Origin: an uncultured delta proteobacterium
Lineage (GTDB): Bacteria; Desulfobacterota; Binatia; UBA9968
Reading direction: 5' to 3'
DNA length: 64,000 nt
Assembly (NCBI GenBank): GCA_963737905.1
Contig: CAVTUQ010000027.1
Location: 64,001 to 128,000, forward strand
Shown here: piece after piece, positions 34,528-46,655 of the stretch
Position numbering within the stretch: position 1 is the stretch's first letter
Layout: every line of letters starts with the position of its first letter
Notes under the pieces: model-generated
Database searches by the model: none
Seen by the model: only the letters and a program-made list of their open reading frames with translations
Told to the model about the DNA's origin: nothing
Program-made: the position numbers and the translations under genes

Positions 34528-35967
34528 ATGGCGCAGAGCCGAAGTTCATGGGTCCTCTTGCACGGTACAACGATCGTATCGTTGCTGTTGGGCGCCCTTT
34601 GGGTCATGGGTTTCGGAATACGATGGGCAGAGGCGGCCAGTCTCGCGGCCTTGGATAATCGTCCGCCGTCATTCTCGGCCATTGCAAAGAAAACCATGCC
34701 GGTGGTCGTCAACATCTCGACGACGGCCCAACACTCATCCCGCAGCGGCTCCAGTGATCCTATCGACGAGTTTTTTTTGCGATTTTTTGGGGACGCGCAG
34801 CCACGGGAAAATAGCCAACGCAGTCTGGGCTCCGGTATTCTTATAAGTAAAGACGGGGAGATTCTTACCAGCTATCACGTGGTACGAAATGCCGATGCGA
34901 TCAAAGTGAAACTGGCGGATCAAACGGAGTATGAAGCGCGACTGATCGGGAAGGACGACCGGACCGATCTGGCCCTCATCAAGATCGGAAAATCCGGCGG
35001 TAATCTGCCGTTCGCACGGCTCGGCAGCTCCAGCCAGTTAGATGTCGGCGACTGGGTCATGGCCATCGGCAACCCCTTCGGTTTGGAACACACGGTGACT
35101 GCCGGCATTGTCAGTGCCAAAGGCAGGGTGATTGGCGCCGGCCCCTATGATAACTTCATCCAAACCGACGCGTCGATCAATCCGGGCAATAGCGGAGGTC
35201 CACTGATCAATGCTTCCGGTGAGGTTATCGGAGTGAATAGCGCTATCTTCAGCCAGACAGGAGGCAATGTCGGCATCGGGTTCGCGATTCCTATCGACCT
35301 GGCGAAAAAGGTTATCGATCAGCTAAAAAAGAACGGCCGGGTCGTGCGCGGCTGGCTGGGCATCCGTGCCCAGGACGTCTCACCGCAGCTTGCCGCATCG
35401 TTAGGGCTCACACGGAATCCGGCAGAAATGGCGGTGATTACGGAGGTAGGAGAAGGCAGTCCCGCGGCGGACGCCGGTATTAAACCCGGGGATGTGATCC
35501 TGGAGTTTAACAGCAAGCCGGTTCCCAAGAGCCAAGATTTTCCATCTTTGATTGCGGATACGCCGCCGGGACAGAAAGTAACGTTGAAAATTCTTCGTGA
35601 CAAGAAGGAACAGATCGTTTCGGTAAAGATCGGGGAATTGCCCGACGAGGGTGACGCTGTTCAAAAGGCAGAGACCAGGGATCCGGAAATCGGAGTTCGG
35701 GTCCAGCGCATTACCCCGGAGGCCGCGCGCCGCTTGGGCCTGAGCTCGACCAAGGGCGTATTGATCGTAGAAGTTCAACCCGGGAGCCCCGCGGATCAGG
35801 TGGGACTAGAACCCGCTGATGTCATCCGCGAAGTCAACCAGCGGCCGGTCAATAATATTAATGATTTCGAACGTGCTGTCCGTCAAGGAAGGCGTGGAGA
35901 GCGAACCCTGCTGCTTGTGCAGCGAGGGGACAACGCTGTATTCTTTGCGCTCAAGCGTAAAAGTTAG
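34528..35967 (+). CDS. degP: HtrA/DegP (Do) serine endopeptidase with two PDZ domains
   Basis: SLGSG, TSYHVV, TDLAL, QTDASINPGNSGGP. Confidence 0.92.
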   Translation: MAQSRSSWVLLHGTTIVSLLLGALWVMGFGIRWAEAASLAALDNRPPSFSAIAKKTMPVVVNISTTAQHSSRSGSSDPIDEFFLRFFGDAQPRENSQRSLGSGILISKDGEILTSYHVVRNADAIKVKLADQTEYEARLIGKDDRTDLALIKIGKSGGNLPFARLGSSSQLDVGDWVMAIGNPFGLEHTVTAGIVSAKGRVIGAGPYDNFIQTDASINPGNSGGPLINASGEVIGVNSAIFSQTGGNVGIGFAIPIDLAKKVIDQLKKNGRVVRGWLGIRAQDVSPQLAASLGLTRNPAEMAVITEVGEGSPAADAGIKPGDVILEFNSKPVPKSQDFPSLIADTPPGQKVTLKILRDKKEQIVSVKIGELPDEGDAVQKAETRDPEIGVRVQRITPEAARRLGLSSTKGVLIVEVQPGSPADQVGLEPADVIREVNQRPVNNINDFERAVRQGRRGERTLLLVQRGDNAVFFALKRKS

Positions 35968-35975
35968 GAGGACCT

Positions 35976-36173
35976 ATGTTTGGACTCGGGCTTCAAGAAC
36001 TGTTGGTGATTCTTGTGATTGCGCTGGTCATATTCGGACCGAGTAAACTTCCACAGATCGGCAGTGGTCTGGGCAAGGCGATTCGAGACTTCAAAAAAGG
36101 CGTGACCGGCGGCGACGACGAGGACCCAGGTAACGAGGCTAAGAAAGAGAGTCCCAAAGACTTGCCACGTTAG
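35976..36173 (+). CDS. tatA: Twin-arginine translocase subunit A
   Basis: MFGLG..ELLVILVIALVIFGPSKLP, GKAIRDFKK. Confidence 0.93.
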   Translation: MFGLGLQELLVILVIALVIFGPSKLPQIGSGLGKAIRDFKKGVTGGDDEDPGNEAKKESPKDLPR

Positions 36174-36264
36174 GGTTCGCCGGACCACTTGCCGCCAACG
36201 AAGCCAGCTGGCTTCGGAGCCCGCGCTCCGCTTGAGAGCACTAGCACTGTTCTATGGGGCTGCT

Positions 36265-36924
36265 CTATAGTTCGCGCGTGGAATAGAAGCCGTTTTTTTG
36301 TTTTGTGCCGAGGAGAACCGTGTAGAGCGAGGTCTTGGAAAGTTTGTAAACCTTCTCCACGGTAAGGTCGGTCATTTCGATAAATGGTTTGAGCCTGAGA
36401 TCGGTTCGCCAACCTAGCCAGCGGGTGATGGGATCCAACGCCTGGGTGAATGATCCCAGCAGCGGAAAATCGCTGGTGAAGTGATTGACGATTACGATTC
36501 TTCCCCCGGGTTTACACACCCGCTTCGCCTCTTCGATCATTCGAATAGGATCGGGCACCACGGTGACGACGTGGAAGGCCATGACGTAATCAAAGCTATT
36601 TTCGGGAAACTCCAGGTCGAGCGCATTCATCTCGATGACTTTCAAATGCGACCAACCGTTCTCGCGAATTTTTCGACGCGCCCGGGCCAACATGTCGGGC
36701 GCCAGGTCGATGCCCGTGATCTCACAATGGGTTGGATAGGCGGGAAACGACGTGCCGGTTCCGGCACCGACTTCTAAAACTTTTGCGCCGCAGGGGATCT
36801 CAAGATCCTCGATAACGCGTTCCAGTCGGGAGTAAAAGATCTTACCGAAGACTTTGTCGTAAAGTGGAGCGAAGTCCGAGTACAAGCGACTTTCGTGTGC
36901 CTCAATATCACCCATGATCCCCAC
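36265..36924 (-). CDS. Class I methyltransferase, phospholipid N-methyltransferase (PmtA)-like
   Basis: APLYDKVFG, VLEVGAGTG, VVTVVPDP, IVIVNHF, LGWRTD. Confidence 0.8.
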   Translation of the reverse strand: MGIMGDIEAHESRLYSDFAPLYDKVFGKIFYSRLERVIEDLEIPCGAKVLEVGAGTGTSFPAYPTHCEITGIDLAPDMLARARRKIRENGWSHLKVIEMNALDLEFPENSFDYVMAFHVVTVVPDPIRMIEEAKRVCKPGGRIVIVNHFTSDFPLLGSFTQALDPITRWLGWRTDLRLKPFIEMTDLTVEKVYKLSKTSLYTVLLGTKQKNGFYSTREL

Positions 36925-36938
36925 TCCCCCCCCGCGCT

Positions 36939-37133
36939 TCAGGCATCCCGAATGTCCCTACTCTGCTTTTTGTAGAAAATCGAGATATCTCGCTTGCGAA
37001 ACCTCCACTGCTTACCTTTTTTGAAGGCCGGCAGAATGTTTTTGCGGGCGAATTCATTCACAGTGTCTGGGCTCAAATCCAGTATTACAGCAACTTGCCT
37101 GCTGTTCAATAGTTCCTCTTCTCTTTCCGTCAT
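36939..37133 (-). CDS. Small excisionase-type HTH (HTH_17/MerR-like) DNA-binding protein
   Basis: LLNSRQVAVILDLSPDTV...LPAFKKGKQWRF; G-rich RBS. Confidence 0.85.
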   Translation of the reverse strand: MTEREEELLNSRQVAVILDLSPDTVNEFARKNILPAFKKGKQWRFRKRDISIFYKKQSRDIRDA

Positions 37134-37315
37134 TTGGAACCCCCCTCTCTGAGGATGGTCGTCAGTCGTCAAAAAGTTTTTGTTATCTAACAAGTTCACC
37201 AGAGGCTGTCAAGGCAAATACGCAACCGGCATGGTTTATTCTGGTAATTGCACTCGTGAAAAAATGCTGCGCCTGGCCTTGCCGGGACGCAGCCGCCATC
37301 AAGCTATCACTCCTG

Positions 37316-39313
37316 TCACCGAGCGTGGGGGTCGGCAAAGACCCGAATCGGAAGAATCATCATGTCGAGTCCGGCGAATTGAAGCTTTTGCTGCAACGTG
37401 GCTGGCGTGTGATTATGGAGAAACCGGCTGATTGCATTTTCCTCCTGAAAAACGAGCTTGCCGGAAAAAAAGACTGATCTTGGAAAATCCTGGACGACAG
37501 CGGTGCAAAGCTCTTCCAGCTCCGCCATGAGATCAACGCCCAAGGAGTAGCGATATTCGGCGTACCAACCGAGGCAATTGGCGAACTCGACGAAACTCTT
37601 GAGATCTTCTTCTTTGGCTCGCCGAAGATTTTCGATTTCCCTCTGCCCTTTGAACTGTCCAGAATCGATGACGCCAACCGAAATGAAAACGACATTCTTA
37701 AAGTGATTCGGAAACAACCTCGGAATGGTGAGCAACGCGTGAACCGCGACGCCATCAAAATCGCGCACGATGATTGCAGCGGTAGGGGCCGTTGGGCTCT
37801 TTGGCGGAACGGGCTCTTTGAGATTCGGATGAAAAGGAATGGTTAGAAGCGTGTCGTCGAGGCGCTTGAGCGCGCGCCGCACCCGAGCGTAGTGAGAGTG
37901 GACAAAGATGCAAAGCGAGATAAAACAGAAAGTCACAAGCAAAGTAACCCATCCGCCCTCTGCGAATTTGATCGTGACGGTGACGGCTAGGATCGTTCCC
38001 GTCAGGAGCAAGCCAACTCCATTGACGCAAAACTTTCGCAGCCAAACGGTCTCGGTTCTTCTCACCTCCCACCAGTGCCTGCACATGCCGAGCTGGGAAA
38101 GGGTGAAAGTTAGGAAAACATTGATGCTGTACATCACCACCAAGAGATTCACCCGGCCCTGCGTGTAGAGAAGGAAACTCAGGGAGGTGAGTCCCATGAA
38201 CCAAATACCGTCCCGTGTGACCAACTGGTCGCTCAGGAGAGAGAAGCGGTGCGGCGCCCAAGAATCCAACGCCATATTGGAGAGCACACGCGGGCCATCG
38301 ATAAAACCGGCCTGCGCCGCCACCAGCAATATTGCCGCTACGGCGACAAGTGTGGAAATGACCAGCGTGGCGGCCAGCGAACTTCCGCTACCCAAAATGC
38401 CGCCGTAGATTTTATCAAGCAGGCTGGCGTTCAAAGTCCTGCCGGGCTCGTGGACGACTTGGTGCAACAGGTAGCAAAGTAAAATCCCGCTGGCGGTAAA
38501 CGCGAGAGAAACCGCCATGTAGAGCATGGTTCTTTTTCCGGTCTCCGCCCGCGGTTCACGCAAGATCTGGAGGCCGTTACTAACCGCTTCGATGCCGGTG
38601 TAAGTGCCGCCACCCAGACTGTAAGCGTGGAGGAGTATCGCCAAGGTTGCCCAGATCCCGATACCACGCACGTCGCCCAGAGATTCCTGCAAGGAACTGG
38701 AAACGACGGTTGGAAGTTCGCCGATCCGTGTTCCCACCCCCAAGGTGATGGCGACCCCGTGGGTGAGCACAAACAAAAGAAAGATCGGCAAAAGAAACTG
38801 GATGGACTCCTTGGTACCGCGCAGATTGAGAAAGATCAGCCCCAGGATAAAGAAGACTTCGGTGAATAGTTTTAGGCCCTGCAGCGATGACGGGAGAAAG
38901 CTGAAAAGCGCGTCGGCGCCGCTGGCCACGGAGATGGTGATCGTCAGCATGTAGTCGACGACGAGAGCCGAACCCGAAACCAAGCCGGCCTTTTCCCCGA
39001 GAAGCTTCGTCGCGACTAAGTAGCCCCCGCCGCCCGTTGGGAACAGTTCAATAATCTGCGAATAACTAGCCGAGATAACGAAGACCGTAGTGGCCATCAT
39101 AATGGCCAGCGGCAAAGCCAGGAGGGAATGCTGTCCCAGTGCCAAGTAGGCTTCCTCAGGACCGTAGGCCGAGGAACTCAAACCATCGGCGCCCAGCCCT
39201 ACCCAGGCCAGGAACGCAATAAGCGAGATCTGATGAAAAACCTTAGGATCGAGAGGATCTTTCGGTTTGCCGAGCAGGAAGTCCTTAAACGAAGCGAAGC
39301 CGTTGCTGCCCAC
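37316..39313 (-). CDS. APC-family permease, KimA/YdaO-like K+ transporter (probable GTG start)
   Basis: GADGLSSSAYGPEE, GGGGYLVA, YTGIEAVSNG, GFIDGPRV; soluble C-terminal domain. Confidence 0.82.
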   Translation of the reverse strand: MGSNGFASFKDFLLGKPKDPLDPKVFHQISLIAFLAWVGLGADGLSSSAYGPEEAYLALGQHSLLALPLAIMMATTVFVISASYSQIIELFPTGGGGYLVATKLLGEKAGLVSGSALVVDYMLTITISVASGADALFSFLPSSLQGLKLFTEVFFILGLIFLNLRGTKESIQFLLPIFLLFVLTHGVAITLGVGTRIGELPTVVSSSLQESLGDVRGIGIWATLAILLHAYSLGGGTYTGIEAVSNGLQILREPRAETGKRTMLYMAVSLAFTASGILLCYLLHQVVHEPGRTLNASLLDKIYGGILGSGSSLAATLVISTLVAVAAILLVAAQAGFIDGPRVLSNMALDSWAPHRFSLLSDQLVTRDGIWFMGLTSLSFLLYTQGRVNLLVVMYSINVFLTFTLSQLGMCRHWWEVRRTETVWLRKFCVNGVGLLLTGTILAVTVTIKFAEGGWVTLLVTFCFISLCIFVHSHYARVRRALKRLDDTLLTIPFHPNLKEPVPPKSPTAPTAAIIVRDFDGVAVHALLTIPRLFPNHFKNVVFISVGVIDSGQFKGQREIENLRRAKEEDLKSFVEFANCLGWYAEYRYSLGVDLMAELEELCTAVVQDFPRSVFFSGKLVFQEENAISRFLHNHTPATLQQKLQFAGLDMMILPIRVFADPHAR

Positions 39314-39536
39314 GGTGTTTCCCCGCCCTGATCCATACCAGAGTTTCCGTGCCAGGAGAACCATGCCACAAGACACGTTAGTCACGGCGCGCTGGACGAA
39401 AGTGGATGGATGAATTCGTGAGATCCGTTTCAACGCAAAGCTGGCTTGCGCCTTTACCGGAGTTCCTTTAGCATAAATTCCGTCGATACAACGGTGGTGC
39501 CAAAGCAGACAGAATCCGATCGCTTTCACCCTTTCT

Positions 39537-42500
39537 ATGCGAAAAATTCTCAAGTTCTTCGGCGTCTTTCTTTTCACGCTGGCGCTCTTAGTCATCGTCG
39601 CCTCGATTGCGTTCTACCATTTGATCCGCACCGGCGACTTGCGCCGGTTTTTGGTTAGTGAAATCGAGGCCAAAACCGAGTTCAAAGTGCAGCTCGGCGA
39701 GGCGGACTTGGCGATAGGGCGAATCCTGGGAGTCGGGTTTAGTGACTTCGCGCTTTCCGAATCCGACGCAACGCGACCCGTTATCACTGCCCAGCGGATT
39801 ACCGCCCGGGTAGCCTTGATGCCACTGTTTGAGCGGAAGCTGATTCTTTATGGAGTGCGTTTGTACAAGCCCACCGCTCGTTTGGTGCGCGACAAGGAGG
39901 GGCGGATTCCGCTGCTCGAAAAATTGCGCAACCTGCCCTTCTTGACTAAAGAAGCAACCCAATTGGGTCTCGATCTACAGGCGATCGGCATCCAACACGG
40001 CGAGGTTGACTTTGAAGATCAACAACCTGAGAAAGGACCGCGAACCACGCGGTTTCGCGATATTGATCTCCAGGTCCAACGGATTCGCGGTCAAAGGTTG
40101 CTGGACTTTGTCAAACAAGTCGCAAATCTAAAACGACCGCAGCCGCAGGGAGCGGCGCTGGATTTCGACCTAAAGAGCGAGGTTGGAACAGATAACGAGA
40201 ATACCACCTTGCGAACGAAGGGAAGGATGGTGTTCCCCGAAGAGACTCTAGAATTCCGCAAAGCATGGTGGACCCTGGATATGCAGCTCAACAACCTGTC
40301 TGCCGAACTCGTGCGGCAGTACGGCGTCGTTCAATGGCCGGTGAAAACCGTGAGGGGTGTTTTTGCGCCACGATTTCACATCGAAGGTAGCCCGGCGGAT
40401 CGAGTCCGACTCGCGAGGCGCTCTGCCATTTAAACAGCTCGTCATCGATGCCCCGGATCTTTTTACTGCGCCGCTCTCGCCCGGGGACGGGCAAGCGGAG
40501 GTTGATATCGATTGGCAACCCCAGCGGCTCGGCATTGCTCTTTTTGATTTTCGTTCAAAGGATCTAAAATTCACGGTGAAGGGGGAGACGCGGCTGAACG
40601 CCGCCAATGACACTCAGGTTCAATTGAATCTCTCGGCGCCTTGGCTGCCTCTCGTTGTGTTGCGCAAGTATCTCCCGCTAAAGACGATGGGTTCGCCGCC
40701 ACTGGAAAGATTCACGGAGGGGCTGCAGGAAGGCGAGCTGCAACTGAAAAATCTCGGAATCAACGGGACTCTCGGTGAACTTCGAAATGCAGGCGCAGAG
40801 CGCGGCTCGAGGGCGGGTTTGGTTTGAGGGTGAGTTGCGTAACGTCGGTTGGAAACTGAACGCAGACCATGATCTCCCCATTCAAGGGGCACAGGGCCTG
40901 ATCCGCCTCGAAAAGGGCGTATTTACCTTTACGGAACTAAAGGGAAATTACGGTCAATCACGCTTCACCGACGTCGACGGCACCTACCAGCTGGCGCCGG
41001 AGAGCAAGGGAAATCTAGACATCCGTGCCGTTGGCGAGTTGGATCTAGCGGAATTGCGTGAGCAAATGAAGCTCGGAATGTTGCCTTCTCAGGTGGCTTC
41101 GTCGCTGGAAGAGTTGGGAGGTAAGGGACGAATCGACCTCAGTCTGCAGCGATCGGGCGACTCGGCACCTCAATTTGAGGGAAAGGTCACATTGGACAAC
41201 GCCCGTTTGCGCTTCGATGACGATTTCTCTCACGGAAATCAAGAGGAGATCTCGCCTGGTCTCGCCGCCGAGATTCGTACGGAAAAGCTGAGCGCGCTGC
41301 TGTCCAATTCCCCCGTGCAGCATCAGTTGTCGCTGGGCAATTACGCCTCGGACGGACGGCGCCTTCGACCTCCGGGTCGAATCAACGGGCGTCAGAGCTG
41401 GAACCGTCAGCCGTCTGCTCCTTTCCACGGGATCTTTTGACGACCCGGGTATGGTCAGCGGTTCGGTCCGCTACTATGGCGCACTGGGAGGAAAAGGAGA
41501 TCGGAAGTTCACCGGCAACTTGGATCTTTTCGGCGTCAAGCTTGATCATAAACCCTTTTTGCAACCGCTTCGAGAGCTCAGCGGTCGCGTGAGCTTCGAT
41601 GAAACGGGTATCGACTTTCGGAATTTGAAAGGACTGCTGGTCGGGTTTCCCGTGGAATTCGGTGGGCGATGGCGCTACACGCAAGAGCCGCAGTTGGTTT
41701 TTAGCCTTGCTGCTCCGACGTTGGATGTCGGCTACCTGCTGACTCAGATCGATCCCGAATCCGCTGAGTGGTACGAGACCCTCACAGCGCAAGGCAAAGT
41801 TAACCTCGCCAAGGGTCGAATGAGGGGTTGGGAATTCACTGAGTTGAAGACCGATCTTGACCTCGATCGCCGCGTGTGGAAGCTAGAGAACGTTGCCGCT
41901 AGCTCGGCGGGGGGTGTGGTGCAGGGGGTCGCCACCATCGCAGACAAACCCGATACGGTCAGGTTTGCGCTGACGCCCAAGATCCAGGGCGCCTCGGTTC
42001 AAGGCATGCTGAATTGGTTTGAAGCGAGCCAAGCCGAGGTGACGGGCAAGGTCAACATGACCGGTAACCTGGAATCGGTGGGAAAAGATGGCCCGGAGCG
42101 GAAACGAAATTTGAACGGAGCATTGGGTTTGCGCATAGAGGATGGGACGATTCACCGGCTGCGCTTGGTGGTGCAAATATTGAATCTCTTGGATCTGTCC
42201 CGATGGTTCAGCTCTGAAACTGCCTGATCTTAACAAAGAGGGTATTCGTTTCCGCACGATTTCAGGTGACTTTACCGTGCAGCAGGGCGTGTTTTCTAAC
42301 GCAGAACCTGATTGTCGATAGCGATGATTTGCGCATGACCGGCGGCGGCAAGATCGACATCGCGAATGATAAAATTGAGTTTCGTCCTTGCGGTGCGTCC
42401 TTTCGCCGGAATCGACACGGTGATCAATTACATCCCTTTGATCGGTCGAGGCATCGCGGCCATCAAAAATTCTTTTTTGGTTGCAAGCTTCAATATCAGG

Positions 42501-42686
42501 GGTCCGATCGAAGAGCCCACTATCACTCCAGCGCCGCTGGGCACGATGTCGGAATGGGTTTTCGGCGTTCTTGGAATTCCGAAGCATATTATTGGGTGGG
42601 GAGGAGGATGGAAAAAAAGAGGAACCTCAAAACAGCCCGCCAAAGGAGTCTCACAAGGACGACAAGCTCCTCCAACGACGAAATGA
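39537..42686 (+). CDS. AsmA-like (DUF3971/AsmA_2) envelope protein, broken by several apparent indels
   Basis: N-terminal anchor; consecutive overlapping beta-rich ORFs 39537-40433, 40357-40827, 40775-41440, 41451-42227, 42266/42366-42686; C-terminal IPLIG...FNIRGPIEEP motif. Confidence 0.75.
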
Positions 42687-42932
42687 AAGCCCAACTGCAG
42701 CTCTACACGAGAAAAGATTGCTGCCTCTGCGAGGAGATGAAATCAACCCTTAGCCGGGTCGGCGGGCCGGGTTCCGTTTGCGCTCGAAGAAATCGATGTC
42801 GATACGTCGCCCGCGTTACAGGGAAAATATGGCAACGACGTCCCGGTGTTGTTCATCAATGGTCGCAAGGCATTCAAGCATCGGTTGACGGCTAGGGAAT
42901 TGGAGAAGAGGTTAAAGCGCCAAGGAAGTTAA
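42683..42932 (+). CDS. Glutaredoxin-like protein (DUF836), frameshift near 42765
   Basis: LYTRKDCCLCEEM, then EEIDVD...YGNDVPVLFING in another frame. Confidence 0.8.
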
Positions 42933-43005
42933 ATTACTTACAACCTGGCTTCCGTTACTTGATAAGATAGGGAGTTCGCTATGGCCCGCAAATTGTTTGC
43001 CGGCG

Positions 43006-44829
43006 TCAATCTTTTTCTTCTTGCCGCCGTCTGGGACGATCGGATTGCTTGAGGATTTTTTTTCGCAGGCGAATCGACTCCGGCGTCACTTCCACTAACT
43101 CGTCGTCGGCGATCCATTCGATCCCCTCTTCCAGCCCCATCTCCCGGTGCGGTGAGATGATGATATTCTCATCGCGGCCCGCGGCACGAATATTGGTCAG
43201 CTTTTTTTCACGACAAATGTTGACGTTGAGATCGACATCGCGAGAATACTCCCCCACGACCATCCCTTCGTAAACCCGGTCGCCGGGCGAAATGAAAATT
43301 ATGCCACGTTCTTGCAAGTGAAAAATGGCGTAGGGCGTTGCGACGCCTTCACGATCGGCAACCATTGCGCCGTTGCTCCGGGCTTGGATGGCGCCGTGCC
43401 ATGGCGCCCACCCGTCAAAGAGCGCGTTCATGATGCCCGTTCCGCGCGTGTCCGTCAGGAACCGGGAGCGAAAACCGATGAGCCCGCGTGACGGGACCGA
43501 GAACTCCAGGCGTACTCGGCTCGACCCGGGGTGGATCATCTTCGTCATCTTTCCTTTGCGCATTGCCAACAGCTGTGAGACGACACCGATAAAGTCTTCT
43601 GGAACATCTATGACCAACAACTCCACGGGTTCGTGGAGCGTGCCGTTGACCTCGCGAGTGACAACGGTGGGCTTGGACACCTGCAGCTCGTAGCCCTCGC
43701 GACGCATGGTCTCGATGATGATCGCGAGCTGAAATTCGCCGCGGCCGGTGACCTGGAAGGAGTCCGGTTGCTCGGTATCGACGATACGGAGGCTGACGTT
43801 CTTTTTCTGCTCGTAAAAGAGTCGTTCTCTGAGCTTGCGCGAGGTCACGAATTCGCCCTCGCGCCCCGACCAGGGCGAATTGTTCGCGCTGAAAACCATT
43901 GCGATGGTGGGCTCGTCGATGCGCAGGGCAGGAAGCGGCTTAGGATTCTCGCGGTCGGCGATGGTGTCGCCGATGCCGATGTCCTCAATGCCGGCGACAG
44001 CGACGATGTCGCCGGCCTCCGCGGAGGCCAGTTCAATACGCTTTAAACCCCGCCAACCATAAATTTGGGTTATCTTTACAGGTTGTTGCGTGCCGTCAAC
44101 GCGGCAGAGAGTGTATGTGCCGGTGGCCAAGCCGCCATTTTTGACGCGCCCGATGGCGAGGCGCCCGACGTAGTCGTTGTAATCGAGGTTGTTGGCTTGA
44201 AACTGGGTCGGTGCGGCGGGGTCCACCACAGGCCCCGGCAAGGTCTCGACGATCAGATCGAAAAGCGGCTTCAGATTGCCGGCCGGTTGGGTCAAATGGC
44301 GGGTAGCGGTTCCCGCGCGGGCATTGGAGTAAACCACAGGGAAATCCAGCTGGTCTTCGGTGGCGTCGAGGTCGATGAACAAGTCGTAGATCTCGTCCAG
44401 GACTTCGGCGACGCGGGCGTCGGGGCGGTCGATTTTATTGATGCAAACGATGGGCGGCAGTTTGGCCTCCAGAGCTTTTTTCAACACGAAACGGGTTTGC
44501 GGTAGCGGCCCTTCGGAAGCATCCACGAGTAACATTACGCCGTCGACCATAGCCAGGGTGCGCTCGACCTCCCCGCCAAAATCGGCGTGGCCAGGCGTGT
44601 CTACAATATTGATCTTAACTCTGCCGTAATGGATGGTCGTGTTTTTCGCCATAATCGTGATGCCTCGTTCGCGTTCCAGTTCCATGGAGTCCATCACGCG
44701 CTCGGCCACTTGTTCATTGGCCCGGAAGATACCGCTTTGGTGCAGCATGGCATCGACCAGAGTCGTCTTGCCGTGGTCGACGTGGGCGATGATCGCGATA
44801 TTGCGGATATCATCGCGTCGGCTTGTCAT
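43006..44829 (-). CDS. typA: Translational GTPase TypA/BipA
   Basis: [47 protein letters not shown]. Confidence 0.98.
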   Translation of the reverse strand: MTSRRDDIRNIAIIAHVDHGKTTLVDAMLHQSGIFRANEQVAERVMDSMELERERGITIMAKNTTIHYGRVKINIVDTPGHADFGGEVERTLAMVDGVMLLVDASEGPLPQTRFVLKKALEAKLPPIVCINKIDRPDARVAEVLDEIYDLFIDLDATEDQLDFPVVYSNARAGTATRHLTQPAGNLKPLFDLIVETLPGPVVDPAAPTQFQANNLDYNDYVGRLAIGRVKNGGLATGTYTLCRVDGTQQPVKITQIYGWRGLKRIELASAEAGDIVAVAGIEDIGIGDTIADRENPKPLPALRIDEPTIAMVFSANNSPWSGREGEFVTSRKLRERLFYEQKKNVSLRIVDTEQPDSFQVTGRGEFQLAIIIETMRREGYELQVSKPTVVTREVNGTLHEPVELLVIDVPEDFIGVVSQLLAMRKGKMTKMIHPGSSRVRLEFSVPSRGLIGFRSRFLTDTRGTGIMNALFDGWAPWHGAIQARSNGAMVADREGVATPYAIFHLQERGIIFISPGDRVYEGMVVGEYSRDVDLNVNICREKKLTNIRAAGRDENIIISPHREMGLEEGIEWIADDELVEVTPESIRLRKKILKQSDRPRRRQEEKD

Positions 44830-44915
44830 TAACGATGTCATGCATCTGTTATTAGGGAGCATTTCACCGTTGTCAAGTTGTGGTTTATCTGCCTGTAGAG
44901 TAAATTTATAGGTTA

Positions 44916-46655
44916 ATGGGTCGACTTAAGACCTACCTATGGCGCTATTGGCGGCGTTATCTGGTGGGCGGAATTTGCTTGTTCGGTACCGCCACCTTGG
45001 TCATGTGGATCCCGTGGTGGATCCGGGATGCCATCCGCATCATCGAGAATGGCGGATCGATTGCGGACGCCAGGTTTTACGCCGCGCTGATCGGAGGGGC
45101 GGCGCTGATACAGGGAGTCGTGCGGACATTTTCTCGCGCCCTGATCTTCAATGCCGGGCGTGACGTCGAATACGATCTACGCAACGATCTGTTTGCACAT
45201 CTACAAAAGCTGCCGCTGTCGTTCTATCACTCCCAAAGAACCGGAGACTTGATGTCTCGGGTGATCAACGATATCTCCGCTGTCCGGGTGATGCTTGGTC
45301 CCGGCATCCTGAATTTCGTCAATGCGCCGGTTTACCTCGTGTACGCCGTCGTTTTGATGCTTTCGATGGACGTTCGCCTGACATTGGCGGCTTTGGCGCC
45401 CTTCCCGCTGTTGATATTTGCGGTGGCGAAGTTCCGCGGCAGCATCCTGAAAAGTTCCCTGGAGGTGCAGCAGCAGATGTCAGCCCTTAGCAGCCACGTG
45501 CAGGAAAACTTGAGCGGTATGCACGTCGTAAAGGCCTATACGCAGGAGGGGTTTCAAACCCGCCAGTTTGTCGCGCTGAACGATGACTTTCAGGCTAAGA
45601 GCCTGGAGTTGGCCAAAATGCGCGGCATCATTACTCCGATCATGCAAGGCTTCAATGCCCTGACGGTCTTGATCGTCCTCTGGTATGGCGGCGTTCGAGT
45701 CATTCGTGGCGACTTGCTCGTCGCCGACATCGTCGCCTTTGTCGCTTACCTCAACGTGCTGGCGTGGCCCACAGCGGCGTTCGGCTGGATGCTTTCACTG
45801 GTCGAGCGAGGTCGCGCCGCAATGAAGCGTCTCGAGGAAATCTTGAAAACCGCGCCCGAGATCGCCAGTCCTCAAGACCCGCTGCCGATCCGCGGCTTGA
45901 AAGAGGCCATCGAATTCCGCAACGTCTCGTTTGCCTATAGCCGGCAACACAACGGTCATGCCGCCGTCGAGAACATCAATTTCTCACTTCCCGTCGGCCG
46001 ATCGGTTGGACTCGTCGGCCGGATTGGATCGGGAAAAACCACTGTGGCGCAGTTGGTGCCGCGGCTATTCGATGTCTCCTCGGGCGCAATTCTCATGGAC
46101 GGACAGGATATCCGAAAGCTTTCCCTGCGCGAGCTTCGCAAAACCCTGGGTTATGTTTCCCAAGACCCATTTCTCTTTTCGACCTCCCTGCGGCGCAATT
46201 TGGCCTTTGGCCGGGACGAAGTCTCCGATGAAGAATTGGCGCGGGCCGTGGGGATCGCCAAGCTGGATCGTGATTTGGCGATCTTTCCCCAGGGGATGGA
46301 GACCATCGTCGGTGAACGCGGCGTGACCCTCTCCGGGGGGCAAAAACAGAGGGCCACACTGGCGCGTGCGCTGGTCATGGATCCACCGGTGCTCATTCTC
46401 GATGATTGTCTTTCCAGTGTCGACGCGCAAACCGAAGCCGAGATTTTGCAGGGACTCAGGGCGATTCTCAAGGAGAAGACCTGCCTCATCATTTCGCACC
46501 GGATCTCAGCGGTAAAAGAGGCGGACGAGATTTTGGTCCTGGACGAGGGGAAGATTATCGAGCGGGGCACTCACGAGGAGCTGGTCAATCGCGGCGGCGT
46601 TTATGCCGACCTGTATCAACAGCAGCAGCTGAGCGAGGAGTTGGAGCAGATCTAG
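44916..46655 (+). CDS. ABC exporter fused permease/ATPase (MdlA-like)
   Basis: [24 protein letters not shown] (degenerate site). Confidence 0.9.
   Translation: MGRLKTYLWRYWRRYLVGGICLFGTATLVMWIPWWIRDAIRIIENGGSIADARFYAALIGGAALIQGVVRTFSRALIFNAGRDVEYDLRNDLFAHLQKLPLSFYHSQRTGDLMSRVINDISAVRVMLGPGILNFVNAPVYLVYAVVLMLSMDVRLTLAALAPFPLLIFAVAKFRGSILKSSLEVQQQMSALSSHVQENLSGMHVVKAYTQEGFQTRQFVALNDDFQAKSLELAKMRGIITPIMQGFNALTVLIVLWYGGVRVIRGDLLVADIVAFVAYLNVLAWPTAAFGWMLSLVERGRAAMKRLEEILKTAPEIASPQDPLPIRGLKEAIEFRNVSFAYSRQHNGHAAVENINFSLPVGRSVGLVGRIGSGKTTVAQLVPRLFDVSSGAILMDGQDIRKLSLRELRKTLGYVSQDPFLFSTSLRRNLAFGRDEVSDEELARAVGIAKLDRDLAIFPQGMETIVGERGVTLSGGQKQRATLARALVMDPPVLILDDCLSSVDAQTEAEILQGLRAILKEKTCLIISHRISAVKEADEILVLDEGKIIERGTHEELVNRGGVYADLYQQQQLSEELEQI

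Noticed and set aside
39314-39536. c-di-AMP (ydaO) riboswitch upstream of the KimA-like gene
   Set aside because: Could not find the conserved riboswitch motifs by eye; the long upstream ORF extension overlaps the divergent AsmA start and is probably not translated.
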